A DNA stretch of 63,554 nucleotides, filler included, from Rhabdomonas costata (GCA_019059605.1; 37 parts of 37 records of this genome joined end to end with filler, not necessarily neighbours in it), one strand, 5' to 3'; counted from the first letter of the whole stretch, positions 1 to 12,065 are shown. The notes: a model not told the origin generated them from the letters alone. Numbers and translations: made by a program.

Positions 1-1309
1 TTTGTGGTTGCAATGCAATGCAGTTCTTGCTAGCAGCTTGTCGTGAAGACTCAGGTGATTTGCCAGTATTCGAGCGCCTTTGCAAACTGCCCCATTTTAT
101 GCCAGCCTTATCCCTTGCAACCCATTCGTAATTTTTGGGGTGATACCCGTGTACTCACTTTTGCTTCAGGAGAATGCGAGCCTGCGAGGCGGCAGTCCAA
201 GAGGCGACGAGCTGAGGGGAAAGGTAAGCTTTTTCCCTGTCTCTGTGTCCACTTTGACCTCTGTACAAAATGGTTCGGATTTGTGGAGTATTGGGGCTGC
301 ACCCGAAACGTTAAGCGTGTTTCTGTACCACAGAGGTGGCCAATTCTCAAAATCTGTCGTTCATGATTTGGACCCACACAGGTGATTGACACAGACCGAC
401 ACAGATGGAACAGATGGATGAACGAAGGATACCCATCTTTCTCTCTCACCGCTGTTACCCACAGGGCAGGCTGGTTTAGTGGAGTGGAAAGCGCACTCCA
501 CTCCTTCCATTTCTGGGCTGGAACTCCGTGGCGCTGAAGACGAAGTATGGTTTCGCTTTGCAAGAGCAGTGTGTGGTGATAAATCCATGAAAATGTTAAG
601 TTAAGTGGTACACGAAATTGAAGGAGGAAATGGGGCACAATGCACAGACCTGACGCCTTTCGAGGGTGCAGTCCGAAGCGGTTGCGTGGTGGTTCCGCGG
701 TGGCCCTTTTCTTTGCGACCGTCAGAAGAATACGCTTCAACGCTCTTTTGGTGATTGGATGTGTCTCAAGCCACATCTCCACGTCTTCTCTTCCATGTTG
801 AGGTACGGACTGTTTTTTACGAATGGATCGCTCTTTGTATCGCATTCATGTTGTTTCCATACCAATTCAGAATTCCTCGTATTATTGTATTATTGAAGAA
901 AATCGCTTTCGCAAAACTTGTTTTCTGGTTTTTAGCTGTTTTGAGTGGTTTTGTGTTACGCTTTTGGTCGCTTTTTGTCATTCGGTTTCAAAACGGTTGT
1001 GGCACAGGTCTTCTGCACTTTAGTTGGGGACATTGACCAATGGGATGGAGATGATGGCTCGCAGCAAATAGTCTGAAGCAATTGTCAAGAATTGACAATG
1101 GTCTTCTACAATGATATTTTCTGTTTGCATTTGAACACGGTGTGCTCCCAAAATTATACGTTTCCGTGCTTTGCTAAACTTGCTGCTGACCATTTCCTGG
1201 ACTTTCTTTGACTGAGTGTGTGCCTGCATGATCACCTGCCCAACAGCCCTTCCCTCCCTTTCTCCTGTCTTCGGCTTGTCAGGGCACGGTGTTTTGGGCT
1301 CCTGGTCTT

Positions 1310-1397
1310 ATGTTCTGCCGCTGCGGGAGTATTTTGGATCTTCCTCCCGAGGGAACCTCCACCAGCTCCTGCTCTGACTGTGGATCGGCTGTCAACC
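1310..1397 (+). CDS. First coding exon of a zinc-ribbon protein, RNA polymerase subunit RPA12/RPC11-like
   Basis: MFCRCGSILDLPPEGTSTSSCSDCGSAVN, then a GTATGT donor. The FC..CG..L.LP...C..CG pattern resembles the RPA12 N-terminal ribbon. A pyrimidine tract plus AG ends at 1282. Confidence 0.45.
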
Positions 1398-1622
1398 GTA
1401 TGTGGCACCCCAAATTGACGGCTGATGGCTTCTTTGTGCTGGATTGGCGGAGCGGCTGCTCCCTCCCTGTGTAGAAGCAGGGAATTTCGAAGCTTGGTTT
1501 CTTTTTTGCTGCATGCAATGGGGTGGGGGGCCTCTGACATTTGTATGTGTTTGTGTATGTGTGTGCACACAGCGGTGTCCTACGCAGTAGAGGTGCGTCT
1601 GCCGATGTGTGCACACCCCACC

Positions 1623-1722
1623 NNNNNNNNNNNNNNNNNNNNNNNNNNNNNNNNNNNNNNNNNNNNTTAATTAATTAANNNNNNNNNNNNNNNNNNNNNN
1701 NNNNNNNNNNNNNNNNNNNNNN
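1623..1722. other. Artificial contig linker N44-TTAATTAATTAA-N44 (first of 36 copies; last at 61838-61937)
   Basis: The same 100-nt spacer recurs about every 1.72 kb (3346, 5068, 6790, 8512, 10234 ... 61838). Its core has stop codons in all six frames. Confidence 0.99.
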
Positions 1723-2221
1723 GGTGGGTGGGAGTTGAACGGTGTGGATTCGTGATTGGTGGGCAGTGTTTCGTTGGAGAAGTGTATGGTGCGTATGGTG
1801 CTTGTGGATCAGCCTTTGTTTGTAGTGTGTGGTTTGTCGGTTTGTCAAGCGGTATCTAGTGTGGACGTCATTAATTACTATTAGGTTCCGGCTCTTGGTG
1901 TGAAGTGGCAGTGTTTAGTGGGTGTGTGAGAGTGCTTTGTGTCCTGATTAGTTCTCAGGTTAGTGCGCTGAGGTTTGTGGGTCTGGTCGTGGTTTCATGC
2001 CTTGTGGTGTCATTGCGTATTGTGACGTTGCGTCCGATTTCATGGTTTCGTGCCTTCATCATTTTTTCCTATCATTATTTGCAATCACAATGTGTTTTGA
2101 TATTGCGTTCAGTGTGGTTGCTTTTACTTCGTTTACGCGTGCGTTATTCATAGTAGTATGGGTATAGGGTGTTGGTATATGTATAGGCATATGTGTATGC
2201 TGTAGGGGTTCTGTGTCTGTA

Positions 2222-2335
2222 TCAACCATGCTCTCTGTCAACGATGCTCTCTGTGTTAGTCAACCATGCTCTCTGTGTACGTCAACCATGCTCTCTGTCT
2301 CCGGTTCTGTCAACATTGCTCTATCTCAACAATGC
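2222..2335 (+). repeat. Degenerate tandem repeat, core CAACCATGCTCTCTGT (about 5-6 copies)
   Basis: Copies are directly visible at about 2223, 2238, 2261 and 2283, with decayed copies after. The same core recurs at 53871-53930. Confidence 0.85.
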
Positions 2336-2530
2336 CGTTTCTTTCTCAGTCTCCGTCTTTGTGTCTGGTTTCAGGGTTGCTGTGGGTAGCTGTTCTTGTT
2401 GTGTTATTGTCCTGTGTTTATTGGTGCTTGTGCTGTGCTTGTTGTGTTGGTTTCAGGGCTGGTGGTTGGAGGATGGTGTGTTTGTGTGGCATACATTCAC
2501 TTGTACGGCACAGAGAAAAGGGTGAGGATT

Positions 2531-3335
2531 TCACTGAAAACAACCATCCTTGATGCACAACAGTAGCGAAATGAAAGGGTCAGTGTCATTTTCAAAGTTC
2601 CTTTGCCACTGAAACTCCTTCACACAGCTCTATAATTGGTCAGCGGAGCAACCACCACGAGCTCTGAGAAAGGTTTTCAAGTTTCCACAAGCACCGTCAA
2701 TACCCTGAGTGTAAACAACCCGGAGTCTGCCTCGAATAGTCTTACGACGACAAAACTCTCCCTTATTGTGGTCCACCTGAGCAATGAAGATACCAAAATC
2801 CTTACAGACAGAGGTGTAAGATCTGGCACCATCAGTAAATAGGAGCGTTCCCGGGGCTAGTCTCTCCACAAGGGGTCGAACATCATCAGCAGAAGGGGTA
2901 CAGAAGCGGCGATCATCCTGATCTCTGTTTAGCTTCTCATATGCCTCTACCAAAAGGCGACCAGAGCTCCTCTCAAACAACCCATGGAAGTCGCCATTTA
3001 CTTCGGAGTACCTGCCATGCATGCCATTACTCTTTCTGCCGATCTCACACTCGTCAGAATCGACCTCCAAGTCCTTTCCACAAAACAGTTCAGTCTCCGT
3101 GTGCCGAGCTTCCCAGTTCAAAACACAACCACGGAAGCGCTCAGACCAAGTTGCTACAGTAGCAGCACCATAGTCCAGCATATGCTCAGCCATAAAACCG
3201 GCAGAGTTGTGAGCCCAGAAATAAGCTTGGTACAGCTACTCCTTCAAATACAGATGACAACCCTCCAGGATGCTGTCGCTCTTGCCATATATCTTCCTGT
3301 TACAAAAACGGTCGGAGCATCTCCTGTACGATTGA
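2531..3335 (-). pseudogene. Merlin (IS1016/IS1595-like, ISXO2 domain) DDE transposase, intronless, two in-frame TAG stops
   Basis: Motifs EVDSDECEIGRK, GLFERSSG, PGTLLFTDGARSY, VDHNKGEF, YTQGIDGACGNLKTFL. The frame continues upstream past a stop (RRCSDRFCNRK...LKE*LYQAYFW) and downstream past another (QL*SCVKEFQWQRNF..DPFISLLLCIK, ending at TGA 2531). Confidence 0.85.
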
Positions 3336-3534
3336 CCACAAACCCNNNNNNNNNNNNNNNNNNNNNNNNNNNNNNNNNNNNNNNNNNNNTTAATTAATTA
3401 ANNNNNNNNNNNNNNNNNNNNNNNNNNNNNNNNNNNNNNNNNNNNTTTTTTTGTTTGCCTTCTGGGGGGGGATGGCCTTTTCGACTTCGCTGTGTTGTCG
3501 CATGGTGCTTTTTTGTGTGTGGCTGTGCGTACAG

Positions 3535-4828
3535 GGAATCAGGGCCGTATTGGGCAGATGGGAGACAGTTCTGTGACGAGCTTCAGCTGGTCCCCGGACA
3601 GCCGTAGCATCCTGACCTCAGTGTGTGCACCCAGGATGCAGGTCGATAACCGGTATGTGGGGTGGGGAGTGGAATCATGTTTGTTTTGGTGACGTCCTTG
3701 AGGGCTTCTGCAAATATTTTTATCGTTCAACTTTTGTCGCGCTTGTCTGCGCGGGTCAAAATCAAAGCTTAGTCGAGCCACGTTTCAGACGTTTTTCTGC
3801 TGTCTGTTTATTCGCTCGTGTATTGGTTTTGCTTGTTCTGGAACTGGTGGAAGCAACAGAGGGTACTTGTGTGGGAGCGACGGTTCGTGTGTATCCCCTG
3901 CATTTTCAGGTTCTAAACTCCAACCACTCGCAACCATTTGGTTCCATAGGCTTCCTGCTTCTTGACCGTGTGTGCTTGGTGTGGGCAGGGCAGTTCTGTG
4001 GAAGCACAACGGCACGGTGCTCCACAAGGCGGACTATGACGCGCTTTTTCTGGTGCGAGCGTTGCCCGGGAGAGTGATTTTCCATCCCTCAATCCCTGCC
4101 AATGCTTCTGTTAGCGTTACCCTTGCCACACTGGGGGTTTTCCAGAACACCGCATAAACATCGAAAGAGTCATTGGGGAGGGGACCTTATTTGTATGTAT
4201 TTCTATTTATTTTTTACGACGGGCTATTTGTTTGGATTATGATTGCTGCCACCACTTCTTCCCATAAGTGAGCCAACAGCCAGCATGCCGGCATGCTATC
4301 CAGTGCACCTTTTGTATGATGATTACAATGGTGTTTGTTGCCATCCTTCTCCGTTGTCCTCGCTTGCAGGCCGAGTTCGCCCCTGTGCCAGCGCAGCGGT
4401 TCCAGCCAAGGGATTACTCTCCGACCCCAATGGGGCACTCCACAGTAACCATTGGAGGCACGCTAACCCACCAACCCCTCCCGTCAAACGACATTGTGTT
4501 TGCAGGACGCACCCGGCACTATCTCCTCTCAAGTGCGGTGACGATGGGCAAGTCTGGCCGACATACACCGCTTCCAGCGATTCTACTGTTGTTTTCGTTT
4601 GATGCTGATGATGCTGATGGGCTTAGGTTTTTGCATTCAAATTTCGTCGGCAAGGCCTCCAAGCCTGAAGCCAAGGCGAAGGCCAAGCCTGAGCCTAAGT
4701 CCAAGCCCAAGCCCAAGCCCCAAGCTGCGCCTGGTCCCAATGACACCAGCGAGGCTGTGAGGGAAGAGGCTGTGGAAGCGGCCGCAGATGGCGCTGGCGG
4801 GGACGTAGCCAAGGCTCAGCCCGACAAG
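3535..4828 (+). CDS. EIF2A: Translation initiation factor eIF2A, internal exons (3535-3652, 3989-4052, 4370-~4444, ~4655-4828)
   Basis: Spliced translation SVTSFSWSPDSRSILTSVCAPRMQVDNR/AVLWKHNGTVLH matches the eIF2A WSPDG...APRL.VDNG..IW...G motif. GT-AG boundaries are in phase. The last intron's boundaries are uncertain. Confidence 0.8.
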
Positions 4829-4849
4829 GTGCCGCGGGCACTGGAGTTC

Positions 4850-5062
4850 TTTGTTTGAGTGAAGCTGAAATGCCGGGTCAAAGTAGCATATGAGGGCTCC
4901 CTTCCTCCGTTGCCGTCACCTCCAGCGCCAATAGGCATCGGCTGCTCCCCTTACTGGCCTTCCTGAAACAACGATGTGAGGGGGGATCGTGGCTTTGGGG
5001 CGGGGAGGAAGGGAGCCCTCATATGCTACTTTGACCCGGCATTTCAGCTTCACTCAAACAAA
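4850..5062. repeat. Perfect 59-bp inverted repeat at contig end (4850-4908 / 5004-5062), probable amplification fold-back
   Basis: The arms are exact reverse complements, and the right arm runs into the A/C-only tail. Confidence 0.85.
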
Positions 5063-6198
5063 CAACANNNNNNNNNNNNNNNNNNNNNNNNNNNNNNNNN
5101 NNNNNNNNNNNTTAATTAATTAANNNNNNNNNNNNNNNNNNNNNNNNNNNNNNNNNNNNNNNNNNNNGGTTGTGTGGTAATGCATTGGGTAATTGGAGCC
5201 CGTGTGGGTAATGAAGGCGCGCTGACGCTCGCAGCTCGTTTTAGACAACCGTCGCATTACAAACTGCGATTTGCCTGCATCCCGACCTTTCTGAGTGGGC
5301 ATCGGTCGACCGCCGTATGTCACTGACGGATTTGACAGATTTGCTTACTAATTGTGGGTACTGCATGAAACAACTCGTGTTTCTTGATGACGCTACCGAT
5401 GTCTGCATGGCGTGAACTGGAGGCACACGGTCGACGCTACAACATTAATCTCGATGCAGAAAGATGATTTATGGAGGACGAGATGGAATATAAATGCGGT
5501 CTCTCACCAACTCTCTCAACTCTTAACGCTGTTTGCAGAAAATTTCGCTCCTTTGCTTTGAAAACAAGACCGACATGGTACAATCCTCGGGACCCACGGA
5601 GGTATCTAAGGATTGGGGCAAGGGGTGGAGGTGGGGGGGGGTTGGCAGGACCGGAGGTGTAGGTGAGGTTCAGCCTTGCAAAGTGGGGCCCGCCGTGAAA
5701 GCACCACTTCGGACGGGCCACACGGTGGGTATGCTGTAGTGTCACCTGAAAACCGCAAGGCACATCGTTAGAGGGAATGTCATATATTGATGGCAGGGTG
5801 ATTCGGACTGCAATCTCAGTGTGTGAAAACACCCATGGCTACCGAGATGAACCATGGCAAAGGTTACCCAACCACGAGCATGCTCATTTCACTCCCCTAT
5901 ACTGAAGAAGAACGAGTTAAGGCGCACCAACCGAGGATGGTTAAACACACTGAGCTGGGTGTGAAGGGTACACACTGATTCGGATACTGTCAGGCACTGA
6001 AGGCGGCTCTAATCCATAATGGACTAACACTATGGTCTCGATTGGGCGCGAATATGACTCCATCCCAACCATGCCTTCCCCTGTGGAACATGGGGGCCAG
6101 CAGGTACCAAGTTGCCTGAGTCTTGCAGTCGCAGGACTTAAGGTGATGACTGAGAAAGGCCTGCATCTCTCCCATAAACGAGCTATGCACTCTCGCAC

Positions 6199-6789
6199 CT
6201 TCAGCAGTTCCTTGGCACATCGCCCGAACTGGAACACGGTGACAAGCTCCACCTGCACCGCCAGGGCCTGTACGCCAAGCGCCCTGCGCTGCTGCTGAAC
6301 GAGGTGCACGGCCTCGTAAATCGCGTCCGCGTCGGTCTGGGGTAACCAGCCGTTACATAAACACTGTCAGCTTACGCTCAGCTTCGAAGTTCCTCAGTGG
6401 TGTAGAGCAAGGGGTTTGTTGATAAGAAGGAAAAATGAATTTCTCCTTACCTTTACTCTTTCTTCCCTGCAAAAAAAAGAAGAGAAGCAGGAAACACGCG
6501 ATCCACCTTGTCGGAAAACGCGTTGCAGCCCAGCATTATGTAGGTGACCTTCGCCATGGAGAAGAGCTTGCCCAAAATTTCCACGTAGGAAACCGGAGTG
6601 GCATAGGTGGCAAGGTCTTCGAACCTTAGACAGGTCACACACATCCACCAAGCGACGAGAAGCTCAAAGTAATAACCATTGAAAACCAACGGGTGTGTCT
6701 CAAGGAAACATGCATGCCCCATTAAAATAAGAAAACACCAGATAGTGCTTACTCGTTTCCACGGCCTTCCGTAAAGTCGGCGAGAAAAG
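6199..6789 (-). CDS. Spliced fragment of an unknown protein (exons ~6753-6789, 6549-6624, 6199-6336)
   Basis: In-phase GT-AG exons give FLADFTEGRGNEFEDLATYATPVSYVEILGKLFSMAK/TDADAIYEAVHLVQQQRRALG..., with GC-rich third positions. Confidence 0.55.
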
Positions 6790-7025
6790 NNNNNNNNNNN
6801 NNNNNNNNNNNNNNNNNNNNNNNNNNNNNNNNNTTAATTAATTAANNNNNNNNNNNNNNNNNNNNNNNNNNNNNNNNNNNNNNNNNNNNGGTTTTTTTTC
6901 CCTCTTTTTCCTCTCCCTCCTCGCTTGTGAGCGTATGCTCAGTACAACCGCAATACCCAGTTGGTTTCTAAAGAGAAACACATGACCTCCACCTCCTTGC
7001 AACACTCCCTCAGTCATTCACGTCA

Positions 7026-8345
7026 CCTGCAGCGCCGTAGCTTGGGGTCGAGCTCTCCAGGCTCACCCCGACCAGAACAGTGTCCTGGAGGGACTCCAGC
7101 ACGGCCGCCGTGGTGCACTCGTACCCATATATTGTGCAAGGGAGTTGACCTGTCACCATTCAACCCCCCCCCCCCAGTCCATCTCAAAGTCATGCCGGAA
7201 CCCTAAGCTGCAGCCGCTGTGTATGTGCACAATGGGCTTCACGAAGGAACTGTCTTGCGTCTTGCATGAAAAAATCGGTTTTGGAGTATGCATAAAGCGC
7301 CATGCGGTGTCCGTTTGGCCAGTGACCTTAAGCAGTGCAGGAAATATAGAAAATATAAGTGCCAATGTTACAAACCGCTGCGTGTAAAGAGAATACGAAA
7401 GCGAAAGCGGCACCCGATAAGACGGGAGGTGAGAGAGGGTAAGTAATCTCCAAAGAAGAAGAATGCACACCTGAACCCCACAGGGAGACATGAGAACCAC
7501 CAGCCGGCAACTTTGCCAGAGCCCACGTGGATGTGGAGGAGCGTACCAAGGTAGAGCCTCCGATCACCACCGTGCTGAAGGGAGGAAACAACAGGAAAGC
7601 AATTTTCAATCTCACACAGGCTTAGCCCTCCACTTGTAAGTGCAGATGAAAAAATCTCACACAGGAAAGTGACATATTCACAAAGTCAAAGTTCAAAGTC
7701 ACATATTCAATATGCTCTCGAGAGCCATGAAAAAAAACGGCGCAACAGAGCACTCGTGAATACCAAGGCATCCCAATCCAGAGAAGAGCCAAGAATCATC
7801 AGACGCCGCAACGGGCCCGCCTTCATCGTTTAGGTGACGTTTAACCGTTCAACCTTTTCGGGGGGGACAACACCTTGCGCCCACTATGTGTGCCGGGGGG
7901 GGGGTACAAGAAAATGTTGTTGATGCCGGAGGGGTGGAACATGCGCCGTCTCACCTGTCGTTGATCAGCACTGCAGAGTGTGCAACGAGAGGCAGCGGGT
8001 ACTGCGTCTGCACAGAGCTGTTCCCAAGGCTGACCGCCGCAAGGGTCGTGGGGTATACCAAAAACATCTGCGAACACAAGCACGAAAACACAAAAAAGTT
8101 TCCGCGAATACAGGGACTTATATTTGATCTTGCGAGGAGAGAACCACAGAGGCACTTCAACAGTGAGGAGGCATATTCAAGCCTGTTTGCAGGCCTGTGT
8201 GAAATATTAAAACCTCATCATCCCCCACTGACACACACGTCAACCGTCTGCAGAGTGATGCTGGTGAGCGCCACCACAGGGAAGACGTTTGCCGAGGCCT
8301 GGGCCCGCACCTGGCGTTTTGGCTGGGAACCCATGTGCGCTACTT
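7026..8345 (-). CDS. About four exons of an unknown Ser/Thr/Val-rich protein
   Basis: GC-rich blocks with AG/GT ends, e.g. 7026-7149 GQLPCTIYGYECTTAAVLESLQDTVLVGVSLESSTPSYGAA. Confidence 0.45.
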
Positions 8346-10104
8346 CGCGGGTCGACATCGGAAAACGATCTGCACAGAACACAACCAGCCATCTCAGAGA
8401 GGCATCCGAGAGGACACCAAAATCCCCCGGGAAAAAAGACAGTTCGCGGGCACGTCAAACCATACTATGAAGAAACGCAGGCACAAACGGCCCCCTAAAG
8501 AACACCCACAANNNNNNNNNNNNNNNNNNNNNNNNNNNNNNNNNNNNNNNNNNNNTTAATTAATTAANNNNNNNNNNNNNNNNNNNNNNNNNNNNNNNNN
8601 NNNNNNNNNNNGGTTGTGGGGCTCGAAATGATTGTCTTTTATTTTTGTATAAGGAGGTTAGGTAAGCTTTGCCAGTGCACGGTGGGTGCTTGTCTTTTTG
8701 CTTGGCGGCTGAAAACTGTCCAAGGGCTTTGACAATGTCTGGGATATGGGCGGACGAGTAGGACAGCATTAGTTTTAGGGGCGAAAATCAGCAACGCAGC
8801 GGCCGAAGCGGGCGGCTGGGGCAGGCACGTGACCTGGGGGGCTGATAACGACTGTAATAAGATATGTTCCCATAGGAAAAAATTTGGTACCACTTGTTAC
8901 CGTTACCCCTCCCCCCGGACGTCGATTGAACATTTTAGAAAAGAAATAGCAAGCGACGTTTTCGCTTTAATAGTGAAAGGTATCTGAAAGTATCATTTTC
9001 AGGAGGGGGCTCAATGTGGAAGTGTTCAGATGAACATTTCCGCACCATTGGCTCCCGGTGGGAAGGGTTGTGGGACATTCTTCCTGTTTTCGGTTCATCA
9101 TGGCATTTTAGTCATTTTGAAGCCATTCAAAGATTCAAGGGGTACGGAAGTGCTGATGTGCTTTCATGTGCCAAGGGCTCAAATTGCTGTGGTTGTACCA
9201 AATTTGGTGAGAGCCAGACTTTGCCTGATCCCCTTGATCCTCTCCTCCTCCTCCCTTACCTGAACCCCTTTTAAATTCTCTTCAGGCGTATCCTGGAACA
9301 GTATACCTTGTTCAAAACAGTCCATCAAAGATACTGCTGCGGAGGCCAAGGCCAATTTTGGGCGTCCAAACGGATTCCGTTCCACATATGGTCTCAGTTG
9401 GCTGTGGATTGCAATGAGAGCGGTAGCCCCATCCCAATCACTCCTCAAATATAACACAAGAACCACTGCCAAAAAGCAGCAAACCACTTCCAGCCAAATA
9501 CAGCCAGGCGGAGATTCCTGTCCTGTTGTGTGGTGAACCGCTGCCCTGCGGCTGGCAACAGGGCTTATGGGGATCTCTGTGAGGGCAAGTGCGCGGTGTG
9601 TGCAAGGGACATCTTTTCTTTTCATCCATCTTTCGGGTGCTCGCCTTCAACCTTTCTTCTTTCAGCCCTCTCTGTCCCCAAAATCCAAGACAAAGCCCCC
9701 ATTTTTTGGCACCACCATCCTTCTTCCTTCGAAAACGGCTAACTTAAAAAACGGCTGAATGGAGCGCAATGGTTTCTGCTGTGACTTTTTGGGGTTGGCG
9801 AAGACAATATTTTGGCTAAATCTGAGCGGCCCGTGAGCGGTGAGCCGATGATTCGTTAGTTTCCACATTTTGAAGTGCCCTCGAACCTGAACAGAGCTGC
9901 AGTGCGCTCCGGTGCGTTCGGAAGTGCAGCTGGCCACCCTGAAATAGAATTCGGCTGTATCGTGGCGGGTGTGTCAAGCGCCATGTGATGTTTGTGTGTG
10001 TGCTCGCTCAGCCTTCTCTGCCACCCTTGACGGGGGCCGCTTCCTGGAGCGCCTGCAAGCTTCTCGCAGGCCGCTGGCTTGTTCCCAGTTGTTGGACCCT
10101 TCCG

Positions 10105-10166
10105 GTGTGTGTGTGTGTGTGTGTGCGTGTGCGTGTGCGTGTGCGTGTGCATGAGCGTGTGCGTGT
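10105..10166 (+). repeat. (GT)n followed by (GCGTGT)n microsatellite
   Basis: Directly visible. Confidence 0.95.
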
Positions 10167-10667
10167 CCAGGGGAGGCGGTAGCAGTGCGGAGCTCAGCGC
10201 AGAGAGGGGGGACAGTGATGCCGTGTGCAGCAGNNNNNNNNNNNNNNNNNNNNNNNNNNNNNNNNNNNNNNNNNNNNTTAATTAATTAANNNNNNNNNNN
10301 NNNNNNNNNNNNNNNNNNNNNNNNNNNNNNNNNCTCTAGACCCTACCTCGCCGCAGGTGTTAGTGCGTGCGTGTGTGCGTGCGTGCGTGTGTGCGTGCGG
10401 GCGTGCTGCGTTTGTAAGTAGGACTTTTGGAATATGTTGGATGATATCAATGAAAGATCAATCCTCTGTAAACTCTGGCGACACTTACGTTTGTGGTGTT
10501 GCCACGTATCACGTATTGGTCTGCTTTTTTGCGAGAATGACTTGTAAGTTTCTTGAAGGTGAGATGGAGAAGATGCATCTGATTTGGGTAAGAGCCTGTT
10601 TGTTGAAATGTAGTGAATGTCAGTGGAGAACCCGGGGGGGGGGCCAACAACAAGCCAATTGGTGCAG

Positions 10668-10884
10668 GTCTCCTCTCCGCTCTCTGCGGGATCCCCGATC
10701 GAGCCCAAAAGCCCCGAGGGCCCCCCTGTCGGGGGCGGGGTGATCCAACCCTGGCTGGGCGCGGAGTTTGAGCGGCAGCTGCGGGCCCTGCCCGAGGACG
10801 GCCGGCACCTCATCATGAAGGTGATGGACAAGAGCGACAAGTGGGACTACGACGTGTGGACACTGCAGGACTTCACCGACAAGG
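10668..10884 (+). CDS. Exon entering the catalytic domain of a class I cyclic-nucleotide phosphodiesterase
   Basis: KSDKWDYDVWTLQDFTDKG matches the W.FDVF.L...T.G start of PDEase domains. CAG acceptor and GTAGG donor. Confidence 0.6.
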
Positions 10885-10992
10885 GTAGGCTCTCACCAAC
10901 CTCTCCACCCATCGCTTGTCCAATCCTGTTACGCGCACCGCAGCACGCCCGCACGCACACACGCACGCACGCACACACGCACGCACTAACAC

Positions 10993-11940
10993 CTGCGGCG
11001 AGGTAGGGTCTAGAGGCGGAGAAGGGGTCTGCGAGGGCCTGTGCTTGCCCCGAGGGTTGTTGTTCAGGATGGTGAACTTCGACTTGATCAGTCTGAGCAC
11101 GGTCATGTCATATTTGCGGTGCCACGGAGGCCCAGCAATTGGGATCCTGGTCAGGCAGCCCTCGCAGTCTGGCTCCAGTGGGGCGTCTCTCTCCAGGGCG
11201 GCCGCGCCTTCAGAGATTCCCTCGCAGCGGAGAAGCAGCTCCTAAGTGTTGAGGTTTCCACCCACAGTAGCATACCCCCCCTCCCAGAACCATCGGCAGA
11301 TACTTTCCCTCTCGTTCGCTACTTCCGCGATTGCAATGCGCTCACAATTTGCCATCTCGGGAGCAACGCGACGTTTTGCAGACACGTTTGCTTACCTTCT
11401 TGCCGGTTCTTTCCTGTCAGCTGGTCATTGACAACATCGCATACGTGCAAGTCACAAAGAACCCCAAACAAATGCACATACTCCCGTGTCCGAATGACGG
11501 GTTACCGGCCTCCTTGTTTCTCGCGGCGGTAATCTCTGGCGCATATTTTTGACACACGCATAATTTGAATTCAGCCGAATTATCGCTGCACCGTGAAGTA
11601 CATCCAGCTACGATTCGGGCGACCACACCCAAAAATCGAAGAAACGGTTACCACACCTCGAGAAAGCATGCACAAGCACATCAGTTAGCTGACCAAGGAT
11701 AGCAAGAATAAATGGCCCCACCGACATCACGGTGAAAATGACAGGGGGACTAAGGACTATGACATTTCCGGTGCGGGTGTGCTTCAGCAGGGACGGGTGA
11801 GTGCCAAAAAGCGCTGCCTTGAGCTCAGAGTCCAGCTTGGGCAGCTCCGAATGCAGCTTGACCTTCTGCTGCTCGCAGAACGTCATTGTGGTCTTCAAGT
11901 GGGCCTCCTCCTGGGTGAGCTCCTGGAGGCTGCAACGTGC
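10993..11940 (-). CDS. Upstream exons (~11818-11940, 10993-11241) of the same PDE-like gene, inverted by a chimeric junction
   Basis: The minus exon ends ...PPLDPTSPQ|GTGTTAG. The same exon end and intron start appear on + at 10334-10410, where they splice in frame to 10668 (VSSPLSAGSP). Confidence 0.55.
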
Positions 11941-12065
11941 CTGCAACACACAACANNNNNNNNNNNNNNNNNNNNNNNNNNNNNNNNNNNNNNNNNNNNT
12001 TAATTAATTAANNNNNNNNNNNNNNNNNNNNNNNNNNNNNNNNNNNNNNNNNNNNGGCGCTTGAC

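Noticed and set aside
108..845. 245-aa minus-strand ORF as a gene
   Set aside because: No recognisable motifs. The + strand has better splice-bounded blocks (e.g. 170-223 CAG|...AAG|GTAAGC), so the ORF is probably antisense read-through.
1667..1678. TTAATTAATTAA recurring at regular spacing, as a CRISPR-like or regulatory repeat
   Set aside because: It is always embedded in N44 runs and is a synthetic six-frame stop linker.
2222..2335. Short repeats with variable spacers as a mini CRISPR array
   Set aside because: Spacers are 0-6 nt, the repeats decay, there are no cas genes, and the context is eukaryotic.
9530..9610. Cys-rich peptide DLCEGKCAVC as PHF5A/Rds3
   Set aside because: Cys spacing and flanks do not match this highly conserved protein, and there are no clear exon boundaries.
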